The notes beneath the pieces are model-generated. The model saw nothing but the letters and a program-made list of their open reading frames with translations, was not told where the DNA came from and searched no databases. From positions 3,663-67,662 of the forward strand of contig JAUYBY010000101.1 in the NCBI GenBank assembly GCA_030692925.1: DNA of 64,000 nucleotides. Reading direction: 5' to 3'. How positions within the stretch are numbered: position 1 is the stretch's first letter; every line of letters begins with the position of its first letter. Positions 39,218-48,594 of this stretch are shown here, piece after piece. The position numbers and the translations under genes are program-made. Source of the DNA: Candidatus Zixiibacteriota bacterium (lineage in GTDB: Bacteria; Zixibacteria; MSB-5A5; RBG-16-43-9).

Positions 39218-40383
39218 TGGGTACTGCTGTTTGGATTATTATGGGGGTGATTATTTTTATAGGGCTTTTTTGTAAAGAGGAGGAAGCAGTGAAAAAGCTA
39301 TCAAGGGAAGAGGAGGGGACTACTACTATACCAGTAGACTTCCCACTGGCTATGGAAGCAGACGCTACTACTCCACTGAAAGATTCTCCGATAGATACTA
39401 CTATAGAATCTTTAAATACACCAGCTCCGGTTTGTGATGCTTTGGCTCATCCCGTGTTCCCCCATCTGTTGTTGTGGGGGCCCGCCGGATCGGGTAAGAC
39501 TGCACTGGCTCGGGTGTTGGCTAATGAGTTAATAAAACCCTATGGTTATGCACCTAATTTTCTAGAGTTTACTCCAATGGTTCTAAGAGAGGAAGACACT
39601 ATTGACGCTATTCTTGTTGAGATGGTAAATTATGGAACTGTACTTTTTATAGATGAGGTTCATTCGTTGCCAAGTCAGGTTGAGGAATGTCTATATAGTG
39701 TAATGCAGGATGGGGTCTTTTCAGGGAAGTATGGAACCTTTAAAATTCCACCCTTCACATTGGTGGGGGCCACGACAAAAGCGGGGTTACTACAGAAGCC
39801 ATTAAGGGATAGGTTTACACTAGAGTTAGAGCTTGACCCCACAACGCAAGAAGATTTAATACAGATTATTAGGGATCAAGAACAAAACATTCCAGCTCCT
39901 ACTAATTTTAGTCAATACCACGGCCAAGAAAAAATCAAAATGCTCTTGAAGTTACACATTGCAGCCTTGTCCCAGCCAGATCCTCCCTTGGATTTGACGG
40001 ATGATATTAAACAATTTTTAGCAGAGAGGGCACTGAGCAATCCCCGGATCCTTAAGCAACTTTACCGGCATATAATTGCTTATTACAAAGTAGTGAAAAA
40101 AATGACAATTGTGGAGGCTGAGGTTTGTATGAATTTATTGGGAGTTGACAATTACGGATTGCACTCTTCCGACCGAAGAGTAATAAAAGCACTATTAAGG
40201 AGAGATAACAAACCTGTCGGGGCAAAGGCACTTGCAGGTGTTGCTAATGTCTCAGTTGTAGATTTGGAAGAAGCAATTGAACCAAGGCTTGTTCTGTCGG
40301 GGATGCTAGAAAGATCTAGCCGAGGTAGAATTCTTACACCACAAGCTTTAGAAATTTACAGTGAGCAAGAGGGGGGTATATGA
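39217..40383 (+). CDS. RuvB-family AAA+ ATPase (stand-alone, mobile-element-encoded)
   Basis: Walker A GPAGSGKT, Walker B LFIDEVH, sensor region PPFTLVGATTKAGLLQKPLRDRF nearly identical in pattern to RuvB; first ~45 codons hydrophobic/acidic and may precede the true start. Confidence 0.75.
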   Translation: MGTAVWIIMGVIIFIGLFCKEEEAVKKLSREEEGTTTIPVDFPLAMEADATTPLKDSPIDTTIESLNTPAPVCDALAHPVFPHLLLWGPAGSGKTALARVLANELIKPYGYAPNFLEFTPMVLREEDTIDAILVEMVNYGTVLFIDEVHSLPSQVEECLYSVMQDGVFSGKYGTFKIPPFTLVGATTKAGLLQKPLRDRFTLELELDPTTQEDLIQIIRDQEQNIPAPTNFSQYHGQEKIKMLLKLHIAALSQPDPPLDLTDDIKQFLAERALSNPRILKQLYRHIIAYYKVVKKMTIVEAEVCMNLLGVDNYGLHSSDRRVIKALLRRDNKPVGAKALAGVANVSVVDLEEAIEPRLVLSGMLERSSRGRILTPQALEIYSEQEGGI

Positions 40384-40592
40384 TAAAAGTTCCATTAATA
40401 GGTAAGTATGAAGGTCAGTATGCATTGGTAGATGATCAGGATGTGTGGGTACTAAAATTTAGATGGTTTGGGAAGACGGATAGGCCGAATCTTATCTACG
40501 CTTCAGTTTCTACGAGGAAAGAAGGACTAAATAAGGCACGGCTGGAAACCCGCAGTGAATTTCTAAGAATACTGGCCAATAAGAGAAGCTGA
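40380..40592 (+). CDS. hypothetical small protein
   Basis: 70 aa; overlaps RuvB-like stop. Confidence 0.3.
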   Translation: MIKVPLIGKYEGQYALVDDQDVWVLKFRWFGKTDRPNLIYASVSTRKEGLNKARLETRSEFLRILANKRS

Positions 40593-41241
40593 AAATTTTC
40601 TGCCACTGTGTATATCTAATAGAGAATATTATTTGATTTTTCGTTTTTTACTGGTACTGAATTACACACAGCGTCAGATTCTTTTCAGGTAGGGGTGAAT
40701 GTGATTTGAAGCTATGTGCTGGGTGATTCCGATAAAAGAAGCACAAAAATAGGGCAGAAATCTACAGAATTGAGCGTGGAATAGGTCAAACAAGCTGATA
40801 GAAGTTAATCCTCAAGCCTAATCTCAAGAAGATCCTGTATTCTTCATAACTTCTTGACTTAGATGGTCTTATCGGCAAATAAGTGCTGATCCATGAGGGT
40901 CTTTGGGCCCTGCTATTACACTGGAGAATAACCTTTTTTTATGGCTGCGGAGTAATATACATCGGTGTATCAACGCCTCATAACCTGTGGTAGATAGAAT
41001 GGGCATTCTATTAACCCAAAAGAGACCTCTGCTGGATATCAAGAGTAATATACACGTGTAGATTCATCTCCAGAAGCTGATAAGCTAATAGACCCCGGGA
41101 AGAACCTGGAACTGGGTCTAAAGGTGCAATAAAAGTAATGGTAGACTCCGAAAAGCTGAGGAATTTGATATAAGTGATGGACTTAGGAGTAGTTATCGAA
41201 TTGCACTCTATATACATTTAATGCAATAAGGAGTAAAACAT

Positions 41242-41805
41242 ATGAATTACGAAAAACTACCCAAGTATTTAACTCAGGAGCAAGTCAAGACATTCTTCTC
41301 CAAAATAACTCAAAAGAGAGACTATGCTCTATTTGGAGTAATCTACAAATATGGTTTGAGGGTTTCTGAAGCTTCCTTCCTGAATTTAGAGGACATAGAC
41401 CTTGAAAGAAGGAAAATCAGGATTACCAGAGCCAAAGGTGGAATCTCAGGAGAAAGGACTATCTTCCCGGATTTACTGAATAAGCTGAAAGCTTATCTAA
41501 TGGAAAGAAAAGATAATAGTCCTGCTTTATTCACTGGAAAGAGGGGAAGACTAAAGAAAAGGATGATTCAAGCTCTTTTTTACAGGTACGCTAAAGAAGC
41601 AAATCTTGAAAGATATAGCATTCATTGTCTGAGACATTCTATCGCTGTTCATCTCTTAGAAGATGGCCAGGGAATCGAATTTGTGCAGGATCAATTAGGA
41701 CACAGAAATATCAAAAATACTCTGATTTACTCGAAAATTACCAATCCAAGGAGGGAAGAAATTTATAGGGAGTTGGAGAATTCGAGGAAGGTTGTGAAAA
41801 TTTGA
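41242..41805 (+). CDS. tyrosine recombinase, catalytic domain only (187 aa)
   Basis: R (LRVSEA), HxLRH (HCLRHSIAVHL), Y (LIYSKI); lacks N-terminal SAM-like core-binding domain. Confidence 0.75.
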   Translation: MNYEKLPKYLTQEQVKTFFSKITQKRDYALFGVIYKYGLRVSEASFLNLEDIDLERRKIRITRAKGGISGERTIFPDLLNKLKAYLMERKDNSPALFTGKRGRLKKRMIQALFYRYAKEANLERYSIHCLRHSIAVHLLEDGQGIEFVQDQLGHRNIKNTLIYSKITNPRREEIYRELENSRKVVKI

Positions 41806-42413
41806 ATTATAGAACTGGGTTATCTGTGCAGCTAACGAGAGATATTCAGAGTTGACGAAAGCAGAAACACTTAACAGAATTGCAAACCAACTCCATGGTT
41901 CTCGCAGCTGAGTCAAGCACTAACAATGACCCGACAGAACTTTCAATAATCAAAACAAAATAATCAAGCAGTCAAGACAAAAATATTCAAAACCAAGAAG
42001 AATCGTTGAAGAAAAAATATCCAAGTGGAAGAGCAAAGAATATATGATCGGAGAAAACTAAAAGAACCCATCTGTCTAGTGCAATGTGCAGGGGATATGT
42101 GTCCTAACCTCCAATGAACAAAAGTCACTGAATCAGTTGACTCGATTGCTTATTGCCTAGTGATTTCCATCACCTATCATCCATACTGTTGAAAAGTTAT
42201 TAATTTCAACCCTAAGGGGGATCCAAGACCTACATCATAAACTTCTAGTCACGGGAATGGATCAACTCTATCCCTTTTTTCAGGATTTTTGCTACAGGTA
42301 AAAACGAGCTCAGCCCAATGTCAAATCGTGACCAAGTATTTGTTGTATTAAAATCGGTAGATTAAGAACTTAGCTGGTACGACATTTGACGACCCTTTGT
42401 AAAAGAAAGCTAT

Positions 42414-43331
42414 TTATTCATGCACTTCCTTATCTATAAACTGACTATGCCCTCCCTCGGGTACGTAAATATGGAATTTATGTGTTAGCAGTTTTGTTAT
42501 CCAGTTGAATAAGTTTTTTTGAAGTTCTTTAACCTCTTTTCTATATGGTTTTGGGTCATCCAGAAGAGAATCATGAATTTCCTTTGATAGTTCGCCAAAA
42601 CTCTTCCTCCCTATTAACGTCTTTTCCAACCATTTTATCACAGTTGAAGTCTCGAAGCTGCGTGATATTTCTTCAAAGTTTAGACAAGAGGGAACGATGT
42701 TCAACAACTTAACATCGTGCTCCGCAAATTCCGTTACCTGATCATGTAGTAACTCTTCTGGATCCTCGCAGAATGGAAAGTCATTTACAAATATACCTTG
42801 AGGCAACTTCCTTACTTCTTTGATTCTCGATTCATTCCAATCTGATGTTTCTTTGTCCGTGAGTTGCATGCTAAGTTCATTTAACAAAGCCTGATCGATG
42901 ATTTCTGAGTTTTTAATTATTGAATTTACGAAAAATATATCATCAGGTCTTACCTTTTCAGGACATGATAGGCATTCTATGTTGAACTGCATGTTGCCTA
43001 TTCCTAAACCTCTGCCAGTCATATTGGCACTACCAAACAATAATACCCCTTTATCGATCATGTACAATTTCGCATGAAGGTTTGAATTCCGAAATACCCT
43101 ACCTTTGCGTTGTGATACAATATCCGCAACACCGAGATCACTAGAGCCGCTTAAAATATCATATTTGCTCCACCTTGTAACTAGAGAAATTGTCACACGA
43201 CTTGAAATATCCTGCAATAGGTAGGTTGTTGCTTCAGACGTAGTAAAAGCTGATACAATAATAATCTCCGATTCTGCATCATCAAAAAGCTCTTTCAGTA
43301 AGCTTGCAGAATCACCGTAATGAATTGGCAT
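42414..43331 (-). CDS. PLD-family (HKD) nuclease-like protein
   Basis: 305 aa; perfect HxK(x)4D(x)6GSxN motif LHAKLYMIDKGVLLFGSAN; C-terminal ~170 aa unassigned. Confidence 0.75.
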   Translation of the reverse strand: MPIHYGDSASLLKELFDDAESEIIIVSAFTTSEATTYLLQDISSRVTISLVTRWSKYDILSGSSDLGVADIVSQRKGRVFRNSNLHAKLYMIDKGVLLFGSANMTGRGLGIGNMQFNIECLSCPEKVRPDDIFFVNSIIKNSEIIDQALLNELSMQLTDKETSDWNESRIKEVRKLPQGIFVNDFPFCEDPEELLHDQVTEFAEHDVKLLNIVPSCLNFEEISRSFETSTVIKWLEKTLIGRKSFGELSKEIHDSLLDDPKPYRKEVKELQKNLFNWITKLLTHKFHIYVPEGGHSQFIDKEVHE

Positions 43332-43350
43332 CTTGTTTCTGATTTAGATT

Positions 43351-45000
43351 TCATTCACTCCAGTAATCTTCAAAGTACTCGTAAAGCAAGTCTTGATCTG
43401 GGAAACCAATAATATTATCCCTTACATCAATGATCTTGCATTTGTCAGTCCCCCCAATCGCTGGACCTCGTATTCCTCGCCCAATCATTTGACTGTACAG
43501 AACCAAAGAAGCAGTTGGACGAGAAATAAAAACCACATCCGTTTGAGGTGCATCAAATCCTGTAGACAAAACACCATAATTGCATAAAACTCTAATATTC
43601 CCAGAACGAAAATCATCAATGATCTTCTTTCGCATATGAACAGGGGTGTCTCCATCTATGTGAGCTGCATAATAACCAAGATATAATAATACAGAACAAA
43701 TAAATTTCGAATGGTCAACGCTGCAGGCGAAAAACAATATTCTAGAACTGCTCTTTAGCTCTATGTCAATTCTTTTTATGATTTCAAGATTTCGAAGGTC
43801 ATCTTTGCCTAGATTAATCAGAAATCCAGAAGGAAGATCATATAGCGTTTCCAAGTTCTTACGCTCTTTTGCAGTTAACTCATATGTTCTATTAGTAAGC
43901 AAAGGCTCAAGGCTAATCTTAGCCAATATCTGCTTCTCGCGCAACCATTCAATGACTGATTTGGCTTCAGGTGGAGTTATTGATATGATTCTTTTAAAAA
44001 AGAAAGAAGCTAGTTCCTCATTTTCCTCTAATTCAGATGAACTTCTTCCAGGAGTTGCTGTTAGTCCAATAACCTGAGTATCTGATCCCATTAATGCTTT
44101 GGTTACTTCCTTATAAGTCGGGGCAATTACTTTATGTGCTTCGTCCACAACAATCAACTTAACCCGCTCCTTAATTTCATTGAATGGAACCCTATTACGT
44201 CTTAATAGAGAATAGAGCCCCTGGAAACTAGCCACTATAAAGCTTGTATGGTTTGATTCATAGGGTAGGGTGCTATTTCTTCCCCAGCACCTATATAGGT
44301 AAATAGGACGATCTGCCACGTGCACCCAAACATCTTTAAAACACTCAAGTGATTGCTCACAAAGTTCTTGAGAATGAGCAAGCCAAAGAATGATTCCATT
44401 ATTGCCTATATTTTTTATCTGTTGCGTCACGATTTCCATAGAAGTCCTGGTCTTTCCTGACCCGGTAGGCATCTGTATTACAAATCTCGAACGTGGCTTT
44501 GTCAACTCTATCATGGAACTACTAAAGACTGAGTATTGATAGTCCATCAAGGACTTGAAGGGTTTCATAATTGGTGTAAGAAATTCGCACGTTGGGTAAT
44601 CTGCCCGTTTAACAGGCATAAAGTGATCGGGTAAGTGGGCCCATTTCAAAAAATCTCTACAAAACTCTTCCTTTTGCCAGCCGAGAAAGACTAATTGACT
44701 TATGCTCTCATCAAATGTTTTATTCTCATCATAATATCCCAGAGTTTTACAGAGATCCTGCAATTTTTCCTTTGGTAGCTGATTAAGAAGTGTGAACATG
44801 AACTTTTTATCGCTTAAAATATCTGACGGAGCAAAGGCATTAAAGAGCTTGATAAGGTTTTCTTTTCTGAATAGTTCTGTTGGGTCATGATCCTCACCCA
44901 ACAAAATGGGTACTAAGGTTTCAAACCTATCAAAGCTCTGTTCGCCAATTATGCCCTCCAATTGTCGTTTATTTAAGAACTGCCAAATCATGAGGCTCAA
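43351..45000 (-). CDS. SF2 helicase, type III restriction Res-subunit-like (DEAH)
   Basis: 549 aa; motif I QMPTGSGKT, II VVDEAH, III GLTATPGR, VI QMIGRGIRG; ~170-aa N-terminal unassigned domain. Confidence 0.85.
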   Translation of the reverse strand: MSLMIWQFLNKRQLEGIIGEQSFDRFETLVPILLGEDHDPTELFRKENLIKLFNAFAPSDILSDKKFMFTLLNQLPKEKLQDLCKTLGYYDENKTFDESISQLVFLGWQKEEFCRDFLKWAHLPDHFMPVKRADYPTCEFLTPIMKPFKSLMDYQYSVFSSSMIELTKPRSRFVIQMPTGSGKTRTSMEIVTQQIKNIGNNGIILWLAHSQELCEQSLECFKDVWVHVADRPIYLYRCWGRNSTLPYESNHTSFIVASFQGLYSLLRRNRVPFNEIKERVKLIVVDEAHKVIAPTYKEVTKALMGSDTQVIGLTATPGRSSSELEENEELASFFFKRIISITPPEAKSVIEWLREKQILAKISLEPLLTNRTYELTAKERKNLETLYDLPSGFLINLGKDDLRNLEIIKRIDIELKSSSRILFFACSVDHSKFICSVLLYLGYYAAHIDGDTPVHMRKKIIDDFRSGNIRVLCNYGVLSTGFDAPQTDVVFISRPTASLVLYSQMIGRGIRGPAIGGTDKCKIIDVRDNIIGFPDQDLLYEYFEDYWSE

Positions 45001-45639
45001 TCAACCTTCATCTAAGTAGTTTTGCAGAATAGTACCCCAATTAAATAATAAGGTGTCTAGGTAGTTATCGGGTGGCATATCAGAAGAGTTGTCAAATAAT
45101 CTCTGCGACCTTGAAAAAGCAAGAAGCAATGAGTTCATTATTTCCAGTAATTCTCTTGATATTCGTTCCCCATTTGACACACTTCTATCATTAAGCAACT
45201 GAACCCTTAGATTATTCAGCCTATTATAAAATGCGTGGCCAGTATTTAGGATAATTTTATCGCGCCCTCCTTGCCCCTCCGTCAAGAAAAACAGAGGACT
45301 TCTTAACTCTGACTCTTCGTAGATGTAATCCCGTGGGTCATTCCTAGCCTTAACAATAGCACTTTTTTGGATGCTCACATCTTTTGAAACTCCTTTTGAG
45401 GTTTCGCATCGCTTATCGAGCCATTCTCTTATCACTTCTTCGTGCTGTGTAAGAATATTCTGGACTACTGCGAAAGTCTTTTCAGCTAAAGAAATCCCCT
45501 TTCTAGTGGCTATCAGCTTCTTACTTTTAGTATCATAAAAATGCTTACGTATATCTAAGGTACGTATACCCTTAAATTCGGATAATTGGAAGACAAGGGT
45601 AGATTTCTTGGTGCCTACGGCTGCTAGAATCTTGTTCAT
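45001..45639 (-). CDS. hypothetical protein sharing a C-terminal motif with the GHKL ATPase
   Basis: 212 aa; C-terminus DNYLDTLLFNWGTILQNYLD parallels GHKL protein C-terminus DRFIETLRLNWGFYLNSYLD; start overlaps GHKL stop (ATGA). Confidence 0.5.
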   Translation of the reverse strand: MNKILAAVGTKKSTLVFQLSEFKGIRTLDIRKHFYDTKSKKLIATRKGISLAEKTFAVVQNILTQHEEVIREWLDKRCETSKGVSKDVSIQKSAIVKARNDPRDYIYEESELRSPLFFLTEGQGGRDKIILNTGHAFYNRLNNLRVQLLNDRSVSNGERISRELLEIMNSLLLAFSRSQRLFDNSSDMPPDNYLDTLLFNWGTILQNYLDEG

Positions 45640-47333
45640 TTCCTCTCACCCTCCTCATGAAGCCAGGTATCCAAATAGCTATTTAAGTAAAAACCCCAGT
45701 TCAGCCTAAGGGTTTCAATGAATCTATCAGCAGTCCAAGTTTGACCGCTTTCGAATTTTGCCTCTGCCTTTGAGTAAGATATTAATAATAAATCGATAAG
45801 ACTCTTTAGCTTCCTGGACTCTACCGTGCTTTCACCTGAGATTTCTAACCTGCCAACTATCTTGTAAAGGGTTTCCATGAACAGATGCCTGCAGTTATAC
45901 ATGATAACATCAGACCCCCCTAAGTGATTCGTCTCAAAAAACTCCGGCCCTTTCCAATCTTCATCAATAATTGTAAAAGGTTGGCTAGAAAACTTGATGG
46001 CCCAAGCGGCCTTCTTTTGCTCTGATTCATCCTTTTTGACTTCATCAACAAGTTTCTTCGCCTCTTCGTCTCGAACCTTGTCTTTATCAATTGCACTTTT
46101 ATCAGTTTTGGTTAAAGCGGCAGTATTTTCTGCTTCCTCATGGCCGGTTAATAGGCCTTCTCCACTTTCTTCCCTTTGTTTTTTTCTCGCATCGATATCT
46201 GCTTCTGCCCAGACATCCCTAACTTTCTCTACAGCCGTTTTTCTAGTTGGGGTAATCTGTTCATATATCGCTTGTTTTAGCTCGGGCGCAGGAACGGCAC
46301 CTCGTTTTATATTTTTCACCGTAAATGCTCGATCTAAACAAGCTTTAAATGAAATTTCGCAACCCCACCATCTGTCGATTTCGGTGAATTTTTCTCCAGG
46401 CCAATAGGGGATATGTCCAAAAAACACTTCGCGATCATTCCTGAGAATTGTAATTCCTTCATTTCTGTCAATATATCTTATCCTAGCTATGTGTGATCCT
46501 CCAGAACCTTTTTGAGGTCGAAAACTCTCATCTATTAGACTCATACGAATTTCGATTGTGGATTCATCTGGTGCACCAGGAGGTTTATCAATATTAGGAA
46601 CCGGCCAATTCATCTTTATGGGTTGATATTCATATGCAGGGGGGTCGTCAGGGAACGCAGTGTTCTTTGTTGTCACGTATAGAGGATCGATAGCTTTTAC
46701 CTCCTCACCATTCACCTCAATCTTGAATCCCTTCCAAATAAACTTGCGATAAGCACGACCAAACCATATTTTCATTTCTTGAAGTATCTCATCGGCATCA
46801 CAAGGTTGCCTGTCGTATTTTTCCCAAACTACGATGGTTCCTGATTTTTCACCTGTTAGCCTTTGATAATCCCTGGGCAATTCCCTTACACGAGGCTCTG
46901 GGATATGTTCCATTTTAGGGGGTTCCGAAGTAATCTCATCAAGATCAACATATGTCCATAACCAACTCTCACTATTCTTTTCTTTTGAGAATATTTCTAC
47001 CCGCCGACATTGATTGATGGCTGCCAAGGTCATACCAACTCCAAACCGTCCTATTCCTGATCTATCGTTATAACGGGTCGAATATCCAAGCTGCATACAT
47101 CTATGTAAAACATCTGCTCGCATTCCGTAACCATCGTCACCAAAGACTATTCTTTCGACAACACCATAAGAATTCTTTCTTCCTGTTATAGTGTAGAGTA
47201 ACTTGATTTTTACAACGGTAGCATCTGCTTGTATGGAATTGTCTACAACTTCTCCATATGCGCTATATGTGTCAAAATCCGAATTTCTCATTGATAATAA
47301 CGCCGTGGCTTCATTGACGAGCCTGACATCCAT
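45636..47333 (-). CDS. MORC/MutL-like GHKL ATPase
   Basis: 565 aa; Bergerat motifs I EVVDNSIQADA, II FGDDGYGM, III GRFGVGM. Confidence 0.8.
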   Translation of the reverse strand: MDVRLVNEATALLSMRNSDFDTYSAYGEVVDNSIQADATVVKIKLLYTITGRKNSYGVVERIVFGDDGYGMRADVLHRCMQLGYSTRYNDRSGIGRFGVGMTLAAINQCRRVEIFSKEKNSESWLWTYVDLDEITSEPPKMEHIPEPRVRELPRDYQRLTGEKSGTIVVWEKYDRQPCDADEILQEMKIWFGRAYRKFIWKGFKIEVNGEEVKAIDPLYVTTKNTAFPDDPPAYEYQPIKMNWPVPNIDKPPGAPDESTIEIRMSLIDESFRPQKGSGGSHIARIRYIDRNEGITILRNDREVFFGHIPYWPGEKFTEIDRWWGCEISFKACLDRAFTVKNIKRGAVPAPELKQAIYEQITPTRKTAVEKVRDVWAEADIDARKKQREESGEGLLTGHEEAENTAALTKTDKSAIDKDKVRDEEAKKLVDEVKKDESEQKKAAWAIKFSSQPFTIIDEDWKGPEFFETNHLGGSDVIMYNCRHLFMETLYKIVGRLEISGESTVESRKLKSLIDLLLISYSKAEAKFESGQTWTADRFIETLRLNWGFYLNSYLDTWLHEEGERK

Positions 47334-47360
47334 ATTATACCCTCCAATATCTCAATTGGT

Positions 47361-48587
47361 TTATGTTGGCAGCATACTTGATTGTTTCATTACTATATAC
47401 TTATCTAAAAAGTCCAATCCTTCCTCGAAATTATCGAAATCTGCATCTGAAATCTCGTGGAGCATTTTAAAGTATCTGGCAACTTCTTTGTCTGTAAGGG
47501 ATTTTTCGTCTACAAAGATTATAATTTTGCCTAAAGCCTTCGCAAAACCTAACTCACTCGCCAAAGCAAATCCACTTGGGTTATCTGCTTCGAGATAAGC
47601 AAAAATACAATCACAGTTTTTTATTGCCTCTAAATCCCAAAACGTGTATTCCTTTTCGCCCTGGAAACCGTGACTCCTAGGATCCAAAAAATGTATATTT
47701 GGGTATCTGTTGATAATTGCGTCTTGCCACTTAGTGTAAAATCCTCCTGCTAGGTAGATTGACAATTTCTTTTTCTGATCAATGACATTAACCCTGTTAT
47801 GTTGCATATTTTTCGATGCTGAAAGCTCTTTAACATTATTAGAACTATGAGCCTTTGACCTAAGTCTTGCTAAGGCCATTGGAAATGGCACTCTCATTGC
47901 TCTTGAATAGAATTCGTACCTTCTTGCAATGAAAAACAAGGATAAAACAGCTGGGATTAACAGGCTTAAAATATTTAGTTCAAAGTTTACAGATATTATG
48001 CTGAATCTGTGTAATAAGTATATGCCAAGTTGAATTATCACCATCATTATTAAAATTGTTGAGATACCCAAATTGAAGAGCGATATAAACATGAATCTAT
48101 GGACTATATGGATATCGTCACTAGCAATCGTCATTGCGATGCTTCTCATAGAATGAACGACTGTTTTGTTTGATGTCTCTGATCGTTGATTACCGACATC
48201 AAGCTGCATTAGATCACGAAATGCTCTGAAATCATCACTTTCGATAATGCTTCCAAGTAGTTCATCGTCTGATTTTAAATTCCAGGATTTTGGTATAAGA
48301 AACTTAAAAGCTCTTACCTTTTTTTGCAGGTTGATGAGATAATTTCCGAGGTTGATAATAACTACATTCCCAAAACTTATTACAAAATGACCCGATATAT
48401 AGCTCAATAATATCATCAGGAACCATTCAAATGAACTTGAAGGCGGAAATAATGAGAGAACACCAATTCTAACAGGCGAACCCAAGATATACGACAAAGA
48501 CAGCACTAATAACAAACCAGGAACAAGGGTTCCTATGATCTCATTAAAAAATCTTTCTAGTGTCTCGATTAGCTCACTTGACCTCAT
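47361..48587 (-). CDS. multi-TM protein with C-terminal nucleoside 2-deoxyribosyltransferase-like (NDT/Rcl-fold) domain
   Basis: 408 aa; ~5 TM helices in first 230 aa; C-terminal IYLAGGF ... CDCIFAYL ... ASELGFAKALGKIII matches NDT-family YLAGPF / ELG(Y/F)A motifs. Confidence 0.55.
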   Translation of the reverse strand: MRSSELIETLERFFNEIIGTLVPGLLLVLSLSYILGSPVRIGVLSLFPPSSSFEWFLMILLSYISGHFVISFGNVVIINLGNYLINLQKKVRAFKFLIPKSWNLKSDDELLGSIIESDDFRAFRDLMQLDVGNQRSETSNKTVVHSMRSIAMTIASDDIHIVHRFMFISLFNLGISTILIMMVIIQLGIYLLHRFSIISVNFELNILSLLIPAVLSLFFIARRYEFYSRAMRVPFPMALARLRSKAHSSNNVKELSASKNMQHNRVNVIDQKKKLSIYLAGGFYTKWQDAIINRYPNIHFLDPRSHGFQGEKEYTFWDLEAIKNCDCIFAYLEADNPSGFALASELGFAKALGKIIIFVDEKSLTDKEVARYFKMLHEISDADFDNFEEGLDFLDKYIVMKQSSMLPT

Positions 48588-48594
48588 AAGATAT

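Noticed and set aside
41011-41217. 68-aa minus-strand ORF
   Set aside because: It lies in AT-rich non-coding DNA upstream of the recombinase, with no RBS and no recognisable features.
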